A stretch of 64,000 bases of DNA from an uncultured Candidatus Berkelbacteria bacterium (GTDB taxonomy: Bacteria > Patescibacteriota > UBA1384 > CAILIB01), in assembly GCA_903834195.1 (NCBI GenBank), contig CAILIB010000020.1, forward strand, positions 14,084 through 78,083, given 5' to 3'. This document shows positions 18,481 to 28,419 of this stretch, piece after piece (position 1 is the stretch's first letter; the number at the start of each line of letters is the position of its first letter). Made by a program: the position numbers and the translations under genes. Below the pieces are notes generated by a model, which saw only the letters and a program-made list of their open reading frames with translations, did no database searches and was not told the origin of the DNA.

Positions 18481-18483
18481 CAT

Positions 18484-19146
18484 ATGTCTACTCCAGCAAA
18501 CAGCCGAACTCGGGTTACAATTTCTCTTACCAAAGAAGTTGCACAGATGATCGATGAAACCATTGATGGTATTCGTATTCGCAATCGATCACATGCAATT
18601 GAAACGCTTGTAAGTGAAAGTTTGCATGTTGCTCAGCTTCGTCAGGCAGTTATTTTAGCTGGGGGAGATCAGGCAATCAAACGAATACCTGCCATTCAAC
18701 AGATACTTCGTACTCTGGCTGAAAATGGGATCTTTGAAGCTACAATTGCGGTTGGGTATTTAGGAGATCAACTCAAGGAAAAACTTGGAACCGGGGAAAG
18801 TCTCGGCATGCGAATCTCATATGTACGCTCTGATTTGGGAACTGGTGGTGCATTACTTCAACTCAAGAATCAGCTCAAACACACCTTTCTCGTTGCCAAC
18901 ATTGATCGACCTGTAGAGTTTGATCTGAAAAATTTGATTAAGTTTCACCGAGAACATGCTCCACTTGTTACAATTGCCACACGCTCTCTCACCGAACTCA
19001 CTGGCATCTACGTTATGGAACCAAAACTATTCGCATTTATTCCACCTGGATTCTGTATGCTAGAAGACACCGTATTCCATGAGATGACAAAACAAGGTAA
19101 GCTGTTACCGTACCCGATATTAAAAGATTATTCCGAAAAGCATTAG
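18484..19146 (+). CDS. Ribbon-helix-helix (NikR/CopG-like) domain fused to a sugar-phosphate nucleotidyltransferase-like domain
   Basis: The N-terminus RVTISLTKEVAQMIDETIDGIRIRNRSHAIETLV closely parallels the NikR RHH (RVTITL...NRSEAIRDIL). Downstream, AVILAGGD...DLGTGGAL...YVMEP resembles the NTP_transferase fold with a degenerate GxGTRL motif. Confidence 0.5.
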   Translation: MSTPANSRTRVTISLTKEVAQMIDETIDGIRIRNRSHAIETLVSESLHVAQLRQAVILAGGDQAIKRIPAIQQILRTLAENGIFEATIAVGYLGDQLKEKLGTGESLGMRISYVRSDLGTGGALLQLKNQLKHTFLVANIDRPVEFDLKNLIKFHREHAPLVTIATRSLTELTGIYVMEPKLFAFIPPGFCMLEDTVFHEMTKQGKLLPYPILKDYSEKH

Positions 19147-19150
19147 CCCT

Positions 19151-20416
19151 ATGCGACAAAAACTCTGGATCACATTCGCCTGTATCATTCTCCTCGCCAT
19201 TGGTGCAACCTATGTAGCACTTCCGCAAACCACATTTATCAAGGGTATTAACCGTGATGTTACGCTTCGGCAAGGACTCGATCTTAAAGGTGGTGTTCAC
19301 CTGGAATACGAAGCTGATACCTCAAAAGTTTCAGGTAGTACTGATGCTGCCATGGAAGGCGTTCGAAGTGTGTTCGAGAATCGTGTTAACGCACTTGGTG
19401 TAACTGAACCAGATATTCGTATCGGTAATACTGCCAACAAGCCAAGTATTATCATTGACCTACCTGGAGTAAGTGATGTTGATAAGGCAAAGCAAATCTT
19501 AGGTGCCACTGCAAAACTCGAATTTAAAGATGGAAATGGAACTGTTGTTCTCGAAGGAAAAGATATTATTCCTGATCAAACCGTTGCACAACCACAACAG
19601 TCTGCAAGTACAAGCGGATTAGCTTCTGCGAGTAGTTGGGAAGTAGATATTGTCCTAACCGATGATGGCAAAACTAAGTTTGCCACGGCCACTACTGCTA
19701 ATGTAAACAAACAAATTGGTATCTTCCTTGACGATATTCTTATCTCAGCACCTACGGTAAACCAGCCTATTACCGACGGAAAAGCAGTTATTACCGGTAA
19801 TTTCACTGCGCAAGCTGCACGTGATTTTGCCCTTAAACTTAAGAGTGGTGCATTACCAGTACCTGTTACCCTCGTGCAAGAACAGTCAGTTGGCGCAAGT
19901 CTGGGTGCAGATGCAATTAGCGCAAGTCTTCTCGCTGGCGTGATCGGAATTGTGCTCATCCTAATCTTCATGATTGCCTACTACCGTTTCTGCGGTCTCC
20001 TGGCAAGTTTCGCACTTGTTCTCTACTCTATCCTCAATATTGCACTCTATAAGCTTTTACCCGTCACTATGACGCTTGCTGGTATTGCTGGTTTCATTAT
20101 TTCAATCGGTATTGCTGTGGATACCAACGTGCTTACATTTGAGCGTCTAAAAGAAGAACTCCGCAGTGGTAAACCAGTTCCAGTAGCTGTACAAGAGTCA
20201 TTCCGCCGAGCCTGGACGAGTATTCGTGATTCACACATTGCCGGACTTATTTCAGCAAGTATCATCTTCTTATTTGCAAGCGGATCCGTTCGAGGTTTCG
20301 CACTTGTACTGATTATTGGTACCTTACTTAGTCTTTTCTCAGCTATTACTGTTACCCGTAACTGGATGCTCCTTGTGGCTGGAAGTCGCCGCCTGCAGCG
20401 TTTCCTCAACTTGTAA
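19151..20416 (+). CDS. secD: Protein translocase subunit SecD
   Basis: A signal-anchor and large periplasmic domain (LDLKGGVHLEYEAD) are followed by a 6-TM C-terminal region. It is immediately followed by secF. Confidence 0.9.
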   Translation: MRQKLWITFACIILLAIGATYVALPQTTFIKGINRDVTLRQGLDLKGGVHLEYEADTSKVSGSTDAAMEGVRSVFENRVNALGVTEPDIRIGNTANKPSIIIDLPGVSDVDKAKQILGATAKLEFKDGNGTVVLEGKDIIPDQTVAQPQQSASTSGLASASSWEVDIVLTDDGKTKFATATTANVNKQIGIFLDDILISAPTVNQPITDGKAVITGNFTAQAARDFALKLKSGALPVPVTLVQEQSVGASLGADAISASLLAGVIGIVLILIFMIAYYRFCGLLASFALVLYSILNIALYKLLPVTMTLAGIAGFIISIGIAVDTNVLTFERLKEELRSGKPVPVAVQESFRRAWTSIRDSHIAGLISASIIFLFASGSVRGFALVLIIGTLLSLFSAITVTRNWMLLVAGSRRLQRFLNL

Positions 20417-20428
20417 GCACACACTCTT

Positions 20429-21385
20429 ATGAATACATCTGCTTTCAACATCACAGGTAAGCGCAAAGTCTGGTATGCGCTCTCAATTCTCTTGATTCTT
20501 CCAGGTATAGTTTCGCTTTTTGTTTGGCACTTAAACGTTGGTATCGACTTCAAGGGCGGTACAATGCAACAGATAACGTTTGCCAATACTCGTCCTGCAA
20601 TTGACCAGCTCCGTAGTGAAGTTGATAAGCTTTCACTACGTGGTTCAACTGTTCAGGAAACCGGGGACAAAGGTGTAATTATTCGCTTTGCTAATCAAGA
20701 TGGCTTAGACCCACACACAACAGCAAATAACATCTCTGCAGCATTCGGCAAACTATCTCCACTTAATACCGATCCAAAGTTAAACAGCTTCCAGAACATT
20801 GGCGGTTCAGTAGCTCAAGACACTACTCGTAACGCTATTACAGCAGTTCTTTTGACCTGTGTAGCCATTATTCTCTTCATTGCCTTCTCGTTCCGATCTG
20901 TTCCAAAACCTGCTAACTCCTGGCGCTTTGCTGTTACCACCATTCTCGCCTTGGCTCACGACCTTCTCTTTGTAGTTGGCGCCTATTCAATCATTGGACA
21001 CTTCTTCCCATCAATTGAGGTTGATTCACTCTTCATTACTGCACTCTTAACCATCCTTGGTTTCTCAGTAAACGACACCATCGTGGTATTTGACCGTATC
21101 CGTGAGAACCTACGTCGAACTAAGCAGAATGTTGATTTCGAAGAGATTACCAATGCAAGCTTAAATCAGACCCTAGCTCGCTCGATTAACACCTCTATGA
21201 CCGTTCTGATCGTGCTTGTAGCCCTTCTTCTACTCGGTGGAGAGAGTATTCGCAATTTCATCCTTGCACTTACCCTTGGTGTAGCCATTGGAACCTATTC
21301 TTCAATCTTCAACGCATCACCTCTGTTGGTAACCTGGCAGAAATGGGCTGATTCCCGAGCTCCTCAGCAGGCTAAGCGTCGCTAA
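20429..21385 (+). CDS. secF: Protein translocase subunit SecF
   Basis: The N-terminus GKRKVWYALSILLILPGIVSL, the block GIDFKGGT and the C-terminal TM bundle with the VNDTIVVFDRIREN motif are present. Confidence 0.9.
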   Translation: MNTSAFNITGKRKVWYALSILLILPGIVSLFVWHLNVGIDFKGGTMQQITFANTRPAIDQLRSEVDKLSLRGSTVQETGDKGVIIRFANQDGLDPHTTANNISAAFGKLSPLNTDPKLNSFQNIGGSVAQDTTRNAITAVLLTCVAIILFIAFSFRSVPKPANSWRFAVTTILALAHDLLFVVGAYSIIGHFFPSIEVDSLFITALLTILGFSVNDTIVVFDRIRENLRRTKQNVDFEEITNASLNQTLARSINTSMTVLIVLVALLLLGGESIRNFILALTLGVAIGTYSSIFNASPLLVTWQKWADSRAPQQAKRR

Positions 21386-21940
21386 ATGAAACCGGGGCGA
21401 ATCTTTATAGTTGCGGGAATTTCTGGAAGCGGAAAGGGGACTGTCTCAGATAAGCTAATCGAGAGACATAAAAACTTAGTACGGCCAATTTCAGTCACCA
21501 GCCGAACACCTCGGCCAGGGGAGCGATTTGCTGCCCACTACTATTTTGTTGATAAAACAATCTTCGAGTGGCTAATTGAGACAGAACAACTTCTTGAGCA
21601 CACTACAGTGTGGATGAGTCATTATTACGGCAGTCTGCGATTATCTGTCGAACAATCACTCAAAGAGGGGAGCGACGTTCTTTTTGAAGTAAATACTCAC
21701 GGAATTGAACAAATTACCGCCGTGTTCCCTACTACTAAAACTGTTTTTATTCAGGCACCAAGTGAAGCCGAACAGCGTATCCGCCTGGAACTTAGGGGAA
21801 CAGTGGGAGCAGAGCAAGATGAACGCGTACAAGGCGCTAAGAGCGAGCTTGAATGGGCCGAAGCACACAAATTACACATTGTTACCAATGACGATCTAGG
21901 ACGCACCCTAGAAGAGATTGAAGCATACTTCGAACTATAA
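21386..21940 (+). CDS. gmk: Guanylate kinase
   Basis: The P-loop GISGSGKGT, the GMP-binding ISVTSRTPRPGE...YYFV, and the C-terminal NDDLGRTLEEIEAYF are all present. Confidence 0.8.
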   Translation: MKPGRIFIVAGISGSGKGTVSDKLIERHKNLVRPISVTSRTPRPGERFAAHYYFVDKTIFEWLIETEQLLEHTTVWMSHYYGSLRLSVEQSLKEGSDVLFEVNTHGIEQITAVFPTTKTVFIQAPSEAEQRIRLELRGTVGAEQDERVQGAKSELEWAEAHKLHIVTNDDLGRTLEEIEAYFEL

Positions 21941-22167
21941 CGCAGAAGGGAAGTACTGTGCATCACTATGTATTCAGTATTTTCACGTCACATAGTGAGA
22001 CGAAGGACACAAAACAATAGCACCACACATGCTAACGTGAAGTACTAAATGTTCGGTTTATAATGTCTCCGAATGTATCTTCTAAGAAATAATAGGACAA
22101 ATTTAGGCAGACTATAATACCAATAAGGTATCGTTAATCAGCTTGTAAATATAGCTACAGGAGCCAA

Positions 22168-25100
22168 TTATAATTCAATCTTTATTCCCTCTTCTAATGA
22201 GATAGGCTCACCTAACGTACTCATTAAGTGCACGTTTTGCTGTACATTTGGGAGCACTTCCCGCTCTTCAACGACTTGTGGGACGTTCGATGTATGTTCG
22301 GTTAGGGAAGGCAAGCTGGGGGAGTCATCAATAATCATCGGGACTAATTCTGATCCTTCCTCAACACCTCCATTCATCCCCTCAAGGCTCCTTTGCTGTT
22401 CCTTTTCAGCAGCTTTAGCAGCTCGACGAGCAAGAACATCAGATTCCTTTTCACCCAAATACCACCTGTTCCCTCCGCGTTGAGACACTTCCTTATATGC
22501 CCAGCCATCTATGACTTTGAGTGGCTTTTCACGGATCGGTCGACGTTCCCTATTCTGATCTTCCTGAACCTGGTTAACAGGTTCAATTATCGCTGCACTT
22601 GGAACAATTTGCTCAGGAACAACTACTTCTGGTGCAGAAACTACTCCCTGCTCTACTACTTCTTCAGGTTTGAGTCCCCTACTCGGCTCTACAACGACTG
22701 GCGGCGGCGTTGTAAATGTTCTCTGTTGTACAGGTTTAAATGGTGCATCAGGAATAACCACTGGACGTGGAGCTGCAACCTGTTGACGCTGCTGTTGATT
22801 TATGTTCGGTTTCTGTTCGTTATGATATGAAACAGGCTGGTTGAGGATTTGCGCTGCAATTTTTTGCGCCTCTTCTGCCTCACGTTTTCGCTTATACCCA
22901 GCAGTCTCATCTATAATATCTTCAACTTGCTCTCTAGGACGAGCAAAGTGTTGATGGGAATACTCAACTACCCTATCCCTAAAATTTGTATCAACTTTCT
23001 TTGGTGGTAATGTCATCGCTGAAAATGCCTGCGAAGCAACACCATCTACCAGCAACTTAATATAGACCCGAGCCATTTGCAGGTTCACCATATCATCAGG
23101 ACCAAATACAGGTGCAAATTCACGAGCTAAGGCTTCAGCATCTTTTGAACCAACACGGAAACAGATAATACTACCAACGTTACCAAAGACAGCCTCACGT
23201 ACTTCATCCGCCATCTGATCGATATACTGGTGAGCAATGGTTAAGCCAAGATTATACTTACGAGCTTCTGAGAGAATCGTCGCAAAAGAATCAGTTGCAA
23301 AGTTCTGGAACTCGTCTACGTACAAGAAACAGTCTGGACGCTGATCAAACGACACATCAGCACGACTCATCGCCGCAAGCTGTACACGTGTAATCATCAT
23401 TGTTCCAAGTAGTGCTGAATTGTCTTCCCCGATTTTACCCTTTGACAGGTTTACGACGAGAATTTTTTGCTCGTCCATCACTTGGCGAATATCAAAAGCA
23501 GACTTTGGCTGACCAACAATATTACGAATCAAGCTTGTTGAAAGAAATTGCCCAACCTTGTTCAAGATTGACCCCATTTCTTCAACCTGTTGTTTTTGCT
23601 CTTTGGCAGCCCATTCATTTTTCCAGAAATCGAGCACAACTGGATCTTTGATCTGTGGAATTACCCAGTTACGAAAACCAGGGTCGGTCAAAATACGTGG
23701 AATACCAAGCATAGTTGGATTCTCAGTATCGAGCAGGGCAAGTGTTGCATTTCGTAGGATATACTCCAAACGAGGTCCCCAAGAGTTTCCGAAAATCTTT
23801 TTAAGTGCACCAACGAATCCTGAAGCGATATTCCCCTTTTGATCTGGATGAGAAATATCGAGCACATTAAATGCAATCGGAAATTCGCGATCAGATGGAT
23901 CAAATACAATCGTATCTTTAATACGATGCTCTGGAACTGACTCAATCACTTTATCTGCAAGCTCTCCGTGCGGATCCACCACAATAACGCCACGACCCTC
24001 ATTAATGTCATCAATGATCATGTTCTCTAGCAGCGTTGACTTTCCTGCACCAGATTTACCAATGATATAGATATGACGCTTACGATCGTTCAATTTAATA
24101 CCAAACTCTTCAACGTGATTACGGAAATCAGTTTTACCAAGTACAGTAAGATCCATTGCAGGAACTTCACTACTCAACGGAACATTCGGTGGAGCTTCAG
24201 CTTTCTTACTACCGGCCCATGAAATTGCTCCACTTTCCACACTAGCAGCAGGGAAGTGATACACCGACGCAAGCTCTTCAATATTGAGCACATTCCCCTT
24301 CTTTTCGAATTCACGGGCAATGTACTGCAACCAACTTGGGTAGTGATCAATTTTAATCTCACCACTCTTGAACCCATTCAGGTTTGTAGTATTGTACTGC
24401 TTGAACGCAGCTAGCGTAGCTTGAATCCGTGCACGCGCACTATTCTCATCCGTACCGATTACAACTAAACGAAAAATAGTTGAGAACCCAAGCTTAGTAA
24501 TCTTTGATTCAATCCCTTTAAGCGCAGCTTCCTGGGGCGAAGATAACTTAGGTGGCTCCCCTGGTTTAGATTCCTCAAAACCAGTTCCCGGGCTAGCGAT
24601 TTCTCGAATTAACTTTACACTAAACCCTGCTGCTCGCATCACTGGATGAGGCTTTTTAGCACCAGGCGTCTTCCCTGCACGCATTGCACCAACGTGAGAC
24701 ACCCCTTTATTTTGCCAATCATCCCCTACTGGTTGAACAACCATTTGTAACCAAATTTGTTCCTTATTTTCAAGATTGTCCATTACAGCCATCAACCCAG
24801 CGAGTGGGTCAATATCAGAACTTGAATAGGTCTTAATTGGGTATACATCATCTTTGGTGAGCTGAATCTCGGCAATTGCTACGTGGAGACCTTCAAGATG
24901 TGCCTCAGCTGTGTAATCTGTAACTTGTTTTATTTGCAACTCGGGGTACTGCGCATAGAGCTGACCTTCAACAAACTCCCGCAACTGCAATGGTGTAAAG
25001 ACATAAAAGACAATTGAATCTTCTTTGGCGACAATCTCAAAAGAAACGTACTCCTGTACAACCTGATCACCCTTAAAGATTCCATGGAGAGCCGAAAAAA

Positions 25101-25227
25101 ACTGCTCTGCAGATGCAGGGCCTTTCTCATTCTTCTTAGGCACCTGAATTGCGAGCACAACAAAGCTCTGAGAGGCCAGCCAGTCAGCACGACGCTTGAG
25201 ATTTTTCGTACTCTTAAAGAGTGCCAT
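22168..25227 (-). CDS. TraD/VirD4-family (type IV coupling protein-like) P-loop ATPase, paralog 1, with ~390-aa unknown N-terminal domain and Q/P-rich C-terminal tail
   Basis: Walker A IIGKSGAGKST is followed by VVDPHGE and then VFDPSDREFPIAFNVLD (compare TraD LNPLDER). Walker B YVDEFQNF and ARKYNLGLTIAHQ...GNVGSIICFRVGSKDAEALAREF match a TraG-D_C-like domain. The N-terminal domain is homologous to that of the paralog at 25889-28393. Confidence 0.6.
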   Translation of the reverse strand: MALFKSTKNLKRRADWLASQSFVVLAIQVPKKNEKGPASAEQFFSALHGIFKGDQVVQEYVSFEIVAKEDSIVFYVFTPLQLREFVEGQLYAQYPELQIKQVTDYTAEAHLEGLHVAIAEIQLTKDDVYPIKTYSSSDIDPLAGLMAVMDNLENKEQIWLQMVVQPVGDDWQNKGVSHVGAMRAGKTPGAKKPHPVMRAAGFSVKLIREIASPGTGFEESKPGEPPKLSSPQEAALKGIESKITKLGFSTIFRLVVIGTDENSARARIQATLAAFKQYNTTNLNGFKSGEIKIDHYPSWLQYIAREFEKKGNVLNIEELASVYHFPAASVESGAISWAGSKKAEAPPNVPLSSEVPAMDLTVLGKTDFRNHVEEFGIKLNDRKRHIYIIGKSGAGKSTLLENMIIDDINEGRGVIVVDPHGELADKVIESVPEHRIKDTIVFDPSDREFPIAFNVLDISHPDQKGNIASGFVGALKKIFGNSWGPRLEYILRNATLALLDTENPTMLGIPRILTDPGFRNWVIPQIKDPVVLDFWKNEWAAKEQKQQVEEMGSILNKVGQFLSTSLIRNIVGQPKSAFDIRQVMDEQKILVVNLSKGKIGEDNSALLGTMMITRVQLAAMSRADVSFDQRPDCFLYVDEFQNFATDSFATILSEARKYNLGLTIAHQYIDQMADEVREAVFGNVGSIICFRVGSKDAEALAREFAPVFGPDDMVNLQMARVYIKLLVDGVASQAFSAMTLPPKKVDTNFRDRVVEYSHQHFARPREQVEDIIDETAGYKRKREAEEAQKIAAQILNQPVSYHNEQKPNINQQQRQQVAAPRPVVIPDAPFKPVQQRTFTTPPPVVVEPSRGLKPEEVVEQGVVSAPEVVVPEQIVPSAAIIEPVNQVQEDQNRERRPIREKPLKVIDGWAYKEVSQRGGNRWYLGEKESDVLARRAAKAAEKEQQRSLEGMNGGVEEGSELVPMIIDDSPSLPSLTEHTSNVPQVVEEREVLPNVQQNVHLMSTLGEPISLEEGIKIEL

Positions 25228-25231
25228 TTAA

Positions 25232-25852
25232 TTATATAAGGTTATCAATTACTGCCCATTTTGCAGGCTTTTCTGACGGCACCATAACCATTACACGATC
25301 ACCTGCTTTTAAGCCGTAGAGTGACATATAGTACGTCACACAGGCAGTGAGAATATTATAGGTTGTTCCTTCATCAGTATCTACAACACAATGGTTTCCT
25401 TCCATACGCAGAGTTCCCGCCATTGTTTTGCGCTCGATAGGCCCGAGTTGTTTGTACAAATATTTACCATCTTTGGTAATGTACAGCTTTAGTGGATCAC
25501 CTTCCACAAGCTTACTCTTACTCGCGTAGTTTGGTAGAACTTGGTAACTCTTACCTTGTGCATCAAGCATGCGCTCACCATCAAAGATACCTTCAATAGC
25601 TTCATCTTCTACACGCGGAGCCATTTGCATAAACCCTACTGGAGTTGCTGTATCAGAACCATCTGCATCTAGAGTAACTCCACTATCTGTAGGTGGAATA
25701 TATGAAGCACTAAGAGGAGTGATGTTTGTACTCGTTGAAACGAGATGTCGTAAGGTACGCACATCATTTTCGATTGTCTCAATAAGTCGGAGGATTCGCT
25801 CTGCATTGAGCTGTCCCGCCGCATCTTCTATGATTTCTGTATTATCTTCCAT
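25232..25852 (-). CDS. Hypothetical protein (coiled-coil N-terminus, beta-rich C-terminus)
   Basis: An ORF of native composition wedged between the two ATPase paralogs, with 4-nt and 36-nt gaps. No recognisable motif was found. Confidence 0.4.
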   Translation of the reverse strand: MEDNTEIIEDAAGQLNAERILRLIETIENDVRTLRHLVSTSTNITPLSASYIPPTDSGVTLDADGSDTATPVGFMQMAPRVEDEAIEGIFDGERMLDAQGKSYQVLPNYASKSKLVEGDPLKLYITKDGKYLYKQLGPIERKTMAGTLRMEGNHCVVDTDEGTTYNILTACVTYYMSLYGLKAGDRVMVMVPSEKPAKWAVIDNLI

Positions 25853-25888
25853 TTGGTGTTTATATTAGTGTTTGTATTGCTTTCTATT

Positions 25889-28393
25889 TCACCGTGATGA
25901 TATCACACTACGTGCACGCATGCGAATTTCAGCCTCTACCACATCCCGATCTCGGCCATACTTTAACCGAGAGAGCTGCCGCACTGCCTCGCCTACCTGA
26001 ATGTTTTCATGTGCATCCGGCGCATAGGATGTAACATTGAACGGCTCGGTAGGAGCACCGTCAATAAGCATCCGAATATAGAAATTATATTTCTCTGTAT
26101 TCACCAGGTCATCTATTTGAACTGGGTCCATTTCCTTCTGGAGGAATTCAGCATCAAGCGCGCCAATACGCCAGGAAATCATGGTTCCAATGTTACCCAT
26201 AATCGCATCGCGCGTATCGTCGTCCAACTGTTTAATAAACTGGTTGGTAATATTAAGTGAAAGAGCGTACTTACGTGCTTCGGACAGAATTGTTGCAAAG
26301 GTTTTAGAGGTAAAGTTCTGGAACTCATCCACATAAAGGAAAAATGGCCGACGTTCTGGTTCTGGTATATTTTGACGTGAAAAAGCCGAAATTTGAATTT
26401 TTCCTGAAATAATCATTCCCAAAAGCTGAGCATTCATTTCACCAAGCAAGCCTTTAGGCAACGTTACGAGGAGAATCTTACCTGAGTCCATGACCTCTCG
26501 GAAATTAAAGGCACTATCTTGCTGACCAATAATTGGTCGCATAATATCGTTACTCGTAAACTGAGTAAGTTTTGAGGTAATATATGGAACAATGTTCTGC
26601 AGCGCTGCGTCTCCCCCAGCTTTTTCAGCTTCTTTCGTCCAGAAGTCTACCACAACTTGGTTACGACATTTGGAAAGCTTCATTTTTCGAAACTCCTCAT
26701 CTGCTAACACTTTTGGAATTTCCATAAGCGTTGAACCACTTTCTGGATCTTCCATCAGGAGCAACATTGCATTGCGCATATACTGTTCGAAAATAGGTCC
26801 ACCTGTCGCACGAAGATCGTACAACTTGTCGAAAATTGAAATCATTTCATTGATCACCATTGTTTTTTGCTCTGGGTAGCGAGCATCAAACTCAAGCAGG
26901 TTCAGTGCAATTGGGCGCGTTGTGTCGGAAGGATCAAAGATGATCACATCTTCAGCCCGTTCTTTTGGAATATGCTTAATAATCCATTCAATAGCGTCAC
27001 CGTTTGGATCCATATAACAGACACCGTGACCATTGCGGATATCTTGCAGAATCATGTTCTGGAACATAACAGTCTTACCAACACCAGTTTTTCCAATCAT
27101 GTAGAGGTGTCGCATACGGTCGGTATACTGCATATACACTGGCAACTGTGCTCCACGGAATTGACTAAATCCAAGTGCCACACCACTGGTTGGCATGTTT
27201 GTAGGTGGCGCCAGTTTACGTGAACCAAGCCATTGAATATTCGGTGTGTCGAGATGACGGTTAGGAAAGTGTAGAACACTTGTCAGTTCTTCTGTGTTCA
27301 TAATCAAATCGGTCTGTGATTTTGCAAAGGTTCGCGTAATATACGGTACCAAAAGATCTCGGTCACCCATATTAGACGTTTTGAACCCATTTGATTCAGG
27401 CGACTGGTACTGCTGGAACGAAGAAAGCATAATCTGCACCTGACTCTTTGCCTCAATTTTTGTGTTTGCGCGCGCCACACACCGAATTTGAACCTCAAGC
27501 GCAACCTTGCTTCCTTTATCTACAAGAAGCTTAGCCTGCTGTTCTTGCAATGCGGTGAGACGAACATTTCCACTACTAATGTTATTGGCTTCATTTGAAG
27601 CTGACTCACTCTCAGAACTAGAAGCAATTGCTTTACCCACCTCTTTAACTCCACCAAAAATCTTGTGCAAAAGGCCCTTCTCTTTTGAACTAAATTGCTT
27701 TCCTTGTTGAACGTTTTGAAGTGCATCTTCAATCGATTTTTGCCACGACTGATCAGCTGGGCGAACTAATATCTGAAAAGCTGCCTTCCCCTGCTGAACT
27801 TTAGAGAGTGAATTTGTAATTGCATTAAGTGGATCACCTTCCAGACTTTTGTACGTCCGAATTGGAAAAATGTACGGTTTAAGCATTTTTAATGCAGCAA
27901 CTTCACTTTCCCCACCTTTTTCAGCAAAAATATCGTAATCGTGCGCAGGTTCAATTTGCGCACTTGGGTACTGAGAGTGAATCTGTCGCTCCATCTGCTC
28001 AATGTACTCACCAGGTGTAACTACGTAGAAATAAATTTCTCCATGATGCGTTACAATTTCAAATGAAAATGTTGGTTGACCATGGATTAATTGACGAAAA
28101 TACTTAGTTTCATGAAAGTGTTGCATCACCGAAAAAACCGGCTCCATTAAGCCAATTAACTCCTTCGGATCACGACGCTCCTCGTCCTCTTTTTGCTGTT
28201 TAGGAAGGAGAACTTTTATGGCTTTCAGGGATTCAAAACGTAGCTTCTCAGATTCTGCCCGCTTTTTTGATATGTAAATCCACACTGCAATGCAGCCTAT
28301 AATCAGCACTGCTGCGGTTATACCGAAAAGCAATCCGGCAGAAATGCCGGAATTGCTTGCAGGACTAGCTGTAGAGTAGTCGTACTGACTCAT
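25889..28393 (-). CDS. TraD/VirD4-family (T4CP-like) P-loop ATPase, paralog 2, with N-terminal TM helix
   Basis: It carries an N-terminal TM helix (GLLFGITAAVLIIGCIAVWIYI), Walker A MIGKTGVGKTV, then MDPNGD and IIFDPSDTTRPIALNLLEF. Walker B LYVDEFQNF is followed by ARKYALSLNITNQ...GNIGTMISWRIGALDAEFLQKEM. It shares the N-domain blocks FYVVTP..QYP and ELTSVLHFP with paralog 1. Confidence 0.6.
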   Translation of the reverse strand: MSQYDYSTASPASNSGISAGLLFGITAAVLIIGCIAVWIYISKKRAESEKLRFESLKAIKVLLPKQQKEDEERRDPKELIGLMEPVFSVMQHFHETKYFRQLIHGQPTFSFEIVTHHGEIYFYVVTPGEYIEQMERQIHSQYPSAQIEPAHDYDIFAEKGGESEVAALKMLKPYIFPIRTYKSLEGDPLNAITNSLSKVQQGKAAFQILVRPADQSWQKSIEDALQNVQQGKQFSSKEKGLLHKIFGGVKEVGKAIASSSESESASNEANNISSGNVRLTALQEQQAKLLVDKGSKVALEVQIRCVARANTKIEAKSQVQIMLSSFQQYQSPESNGFKTSNMGDRDLLVPYITRTFAKSQTDLIMNTEELTSVLHFPNRHLDTPNIQWLGSRKLAPPTNMPTSGVALGFSQFRGAQLPVYMQYTDRMRHLYMIGKTGVGKTVMFQNMILQDIRNGHGVCYMDPNGDAIEWIIKHIPKERAEDVIIFDPSDTTRPIALNLLEFDARYPEQKTMVINEMISIFDKLYDLRATGGPIFEQYMRNAMLLLMEDPESGSTLMEIPKVLADEEFRKMKLSKCRNQVVVDFWTKEAEKAGGDAALQNIVPYITSKLTQFTSNDIMRPIIGQQDSAFNFREVMDSGKILLVTLPKGLLGEMNAQLLGMIISGKIQISAFSRQNIPEPERRPFFLYVDEFQNFTSKTFATILSEARKYALSLNITNQFIKQLDDDTRDAIMGNIGTMISWRIGALDAEFLQKEMDPVQIDDLVNTEKYNFYIRMLIDGAPTEPFNVTSYAPDAHENIQVGEAVRQLSRLKYGRDRDVVEAEIRMRARSVISSR

Positions 28394-28419
28394 TTATTTT
28401 TACCCCCTCCTTAAATTCT

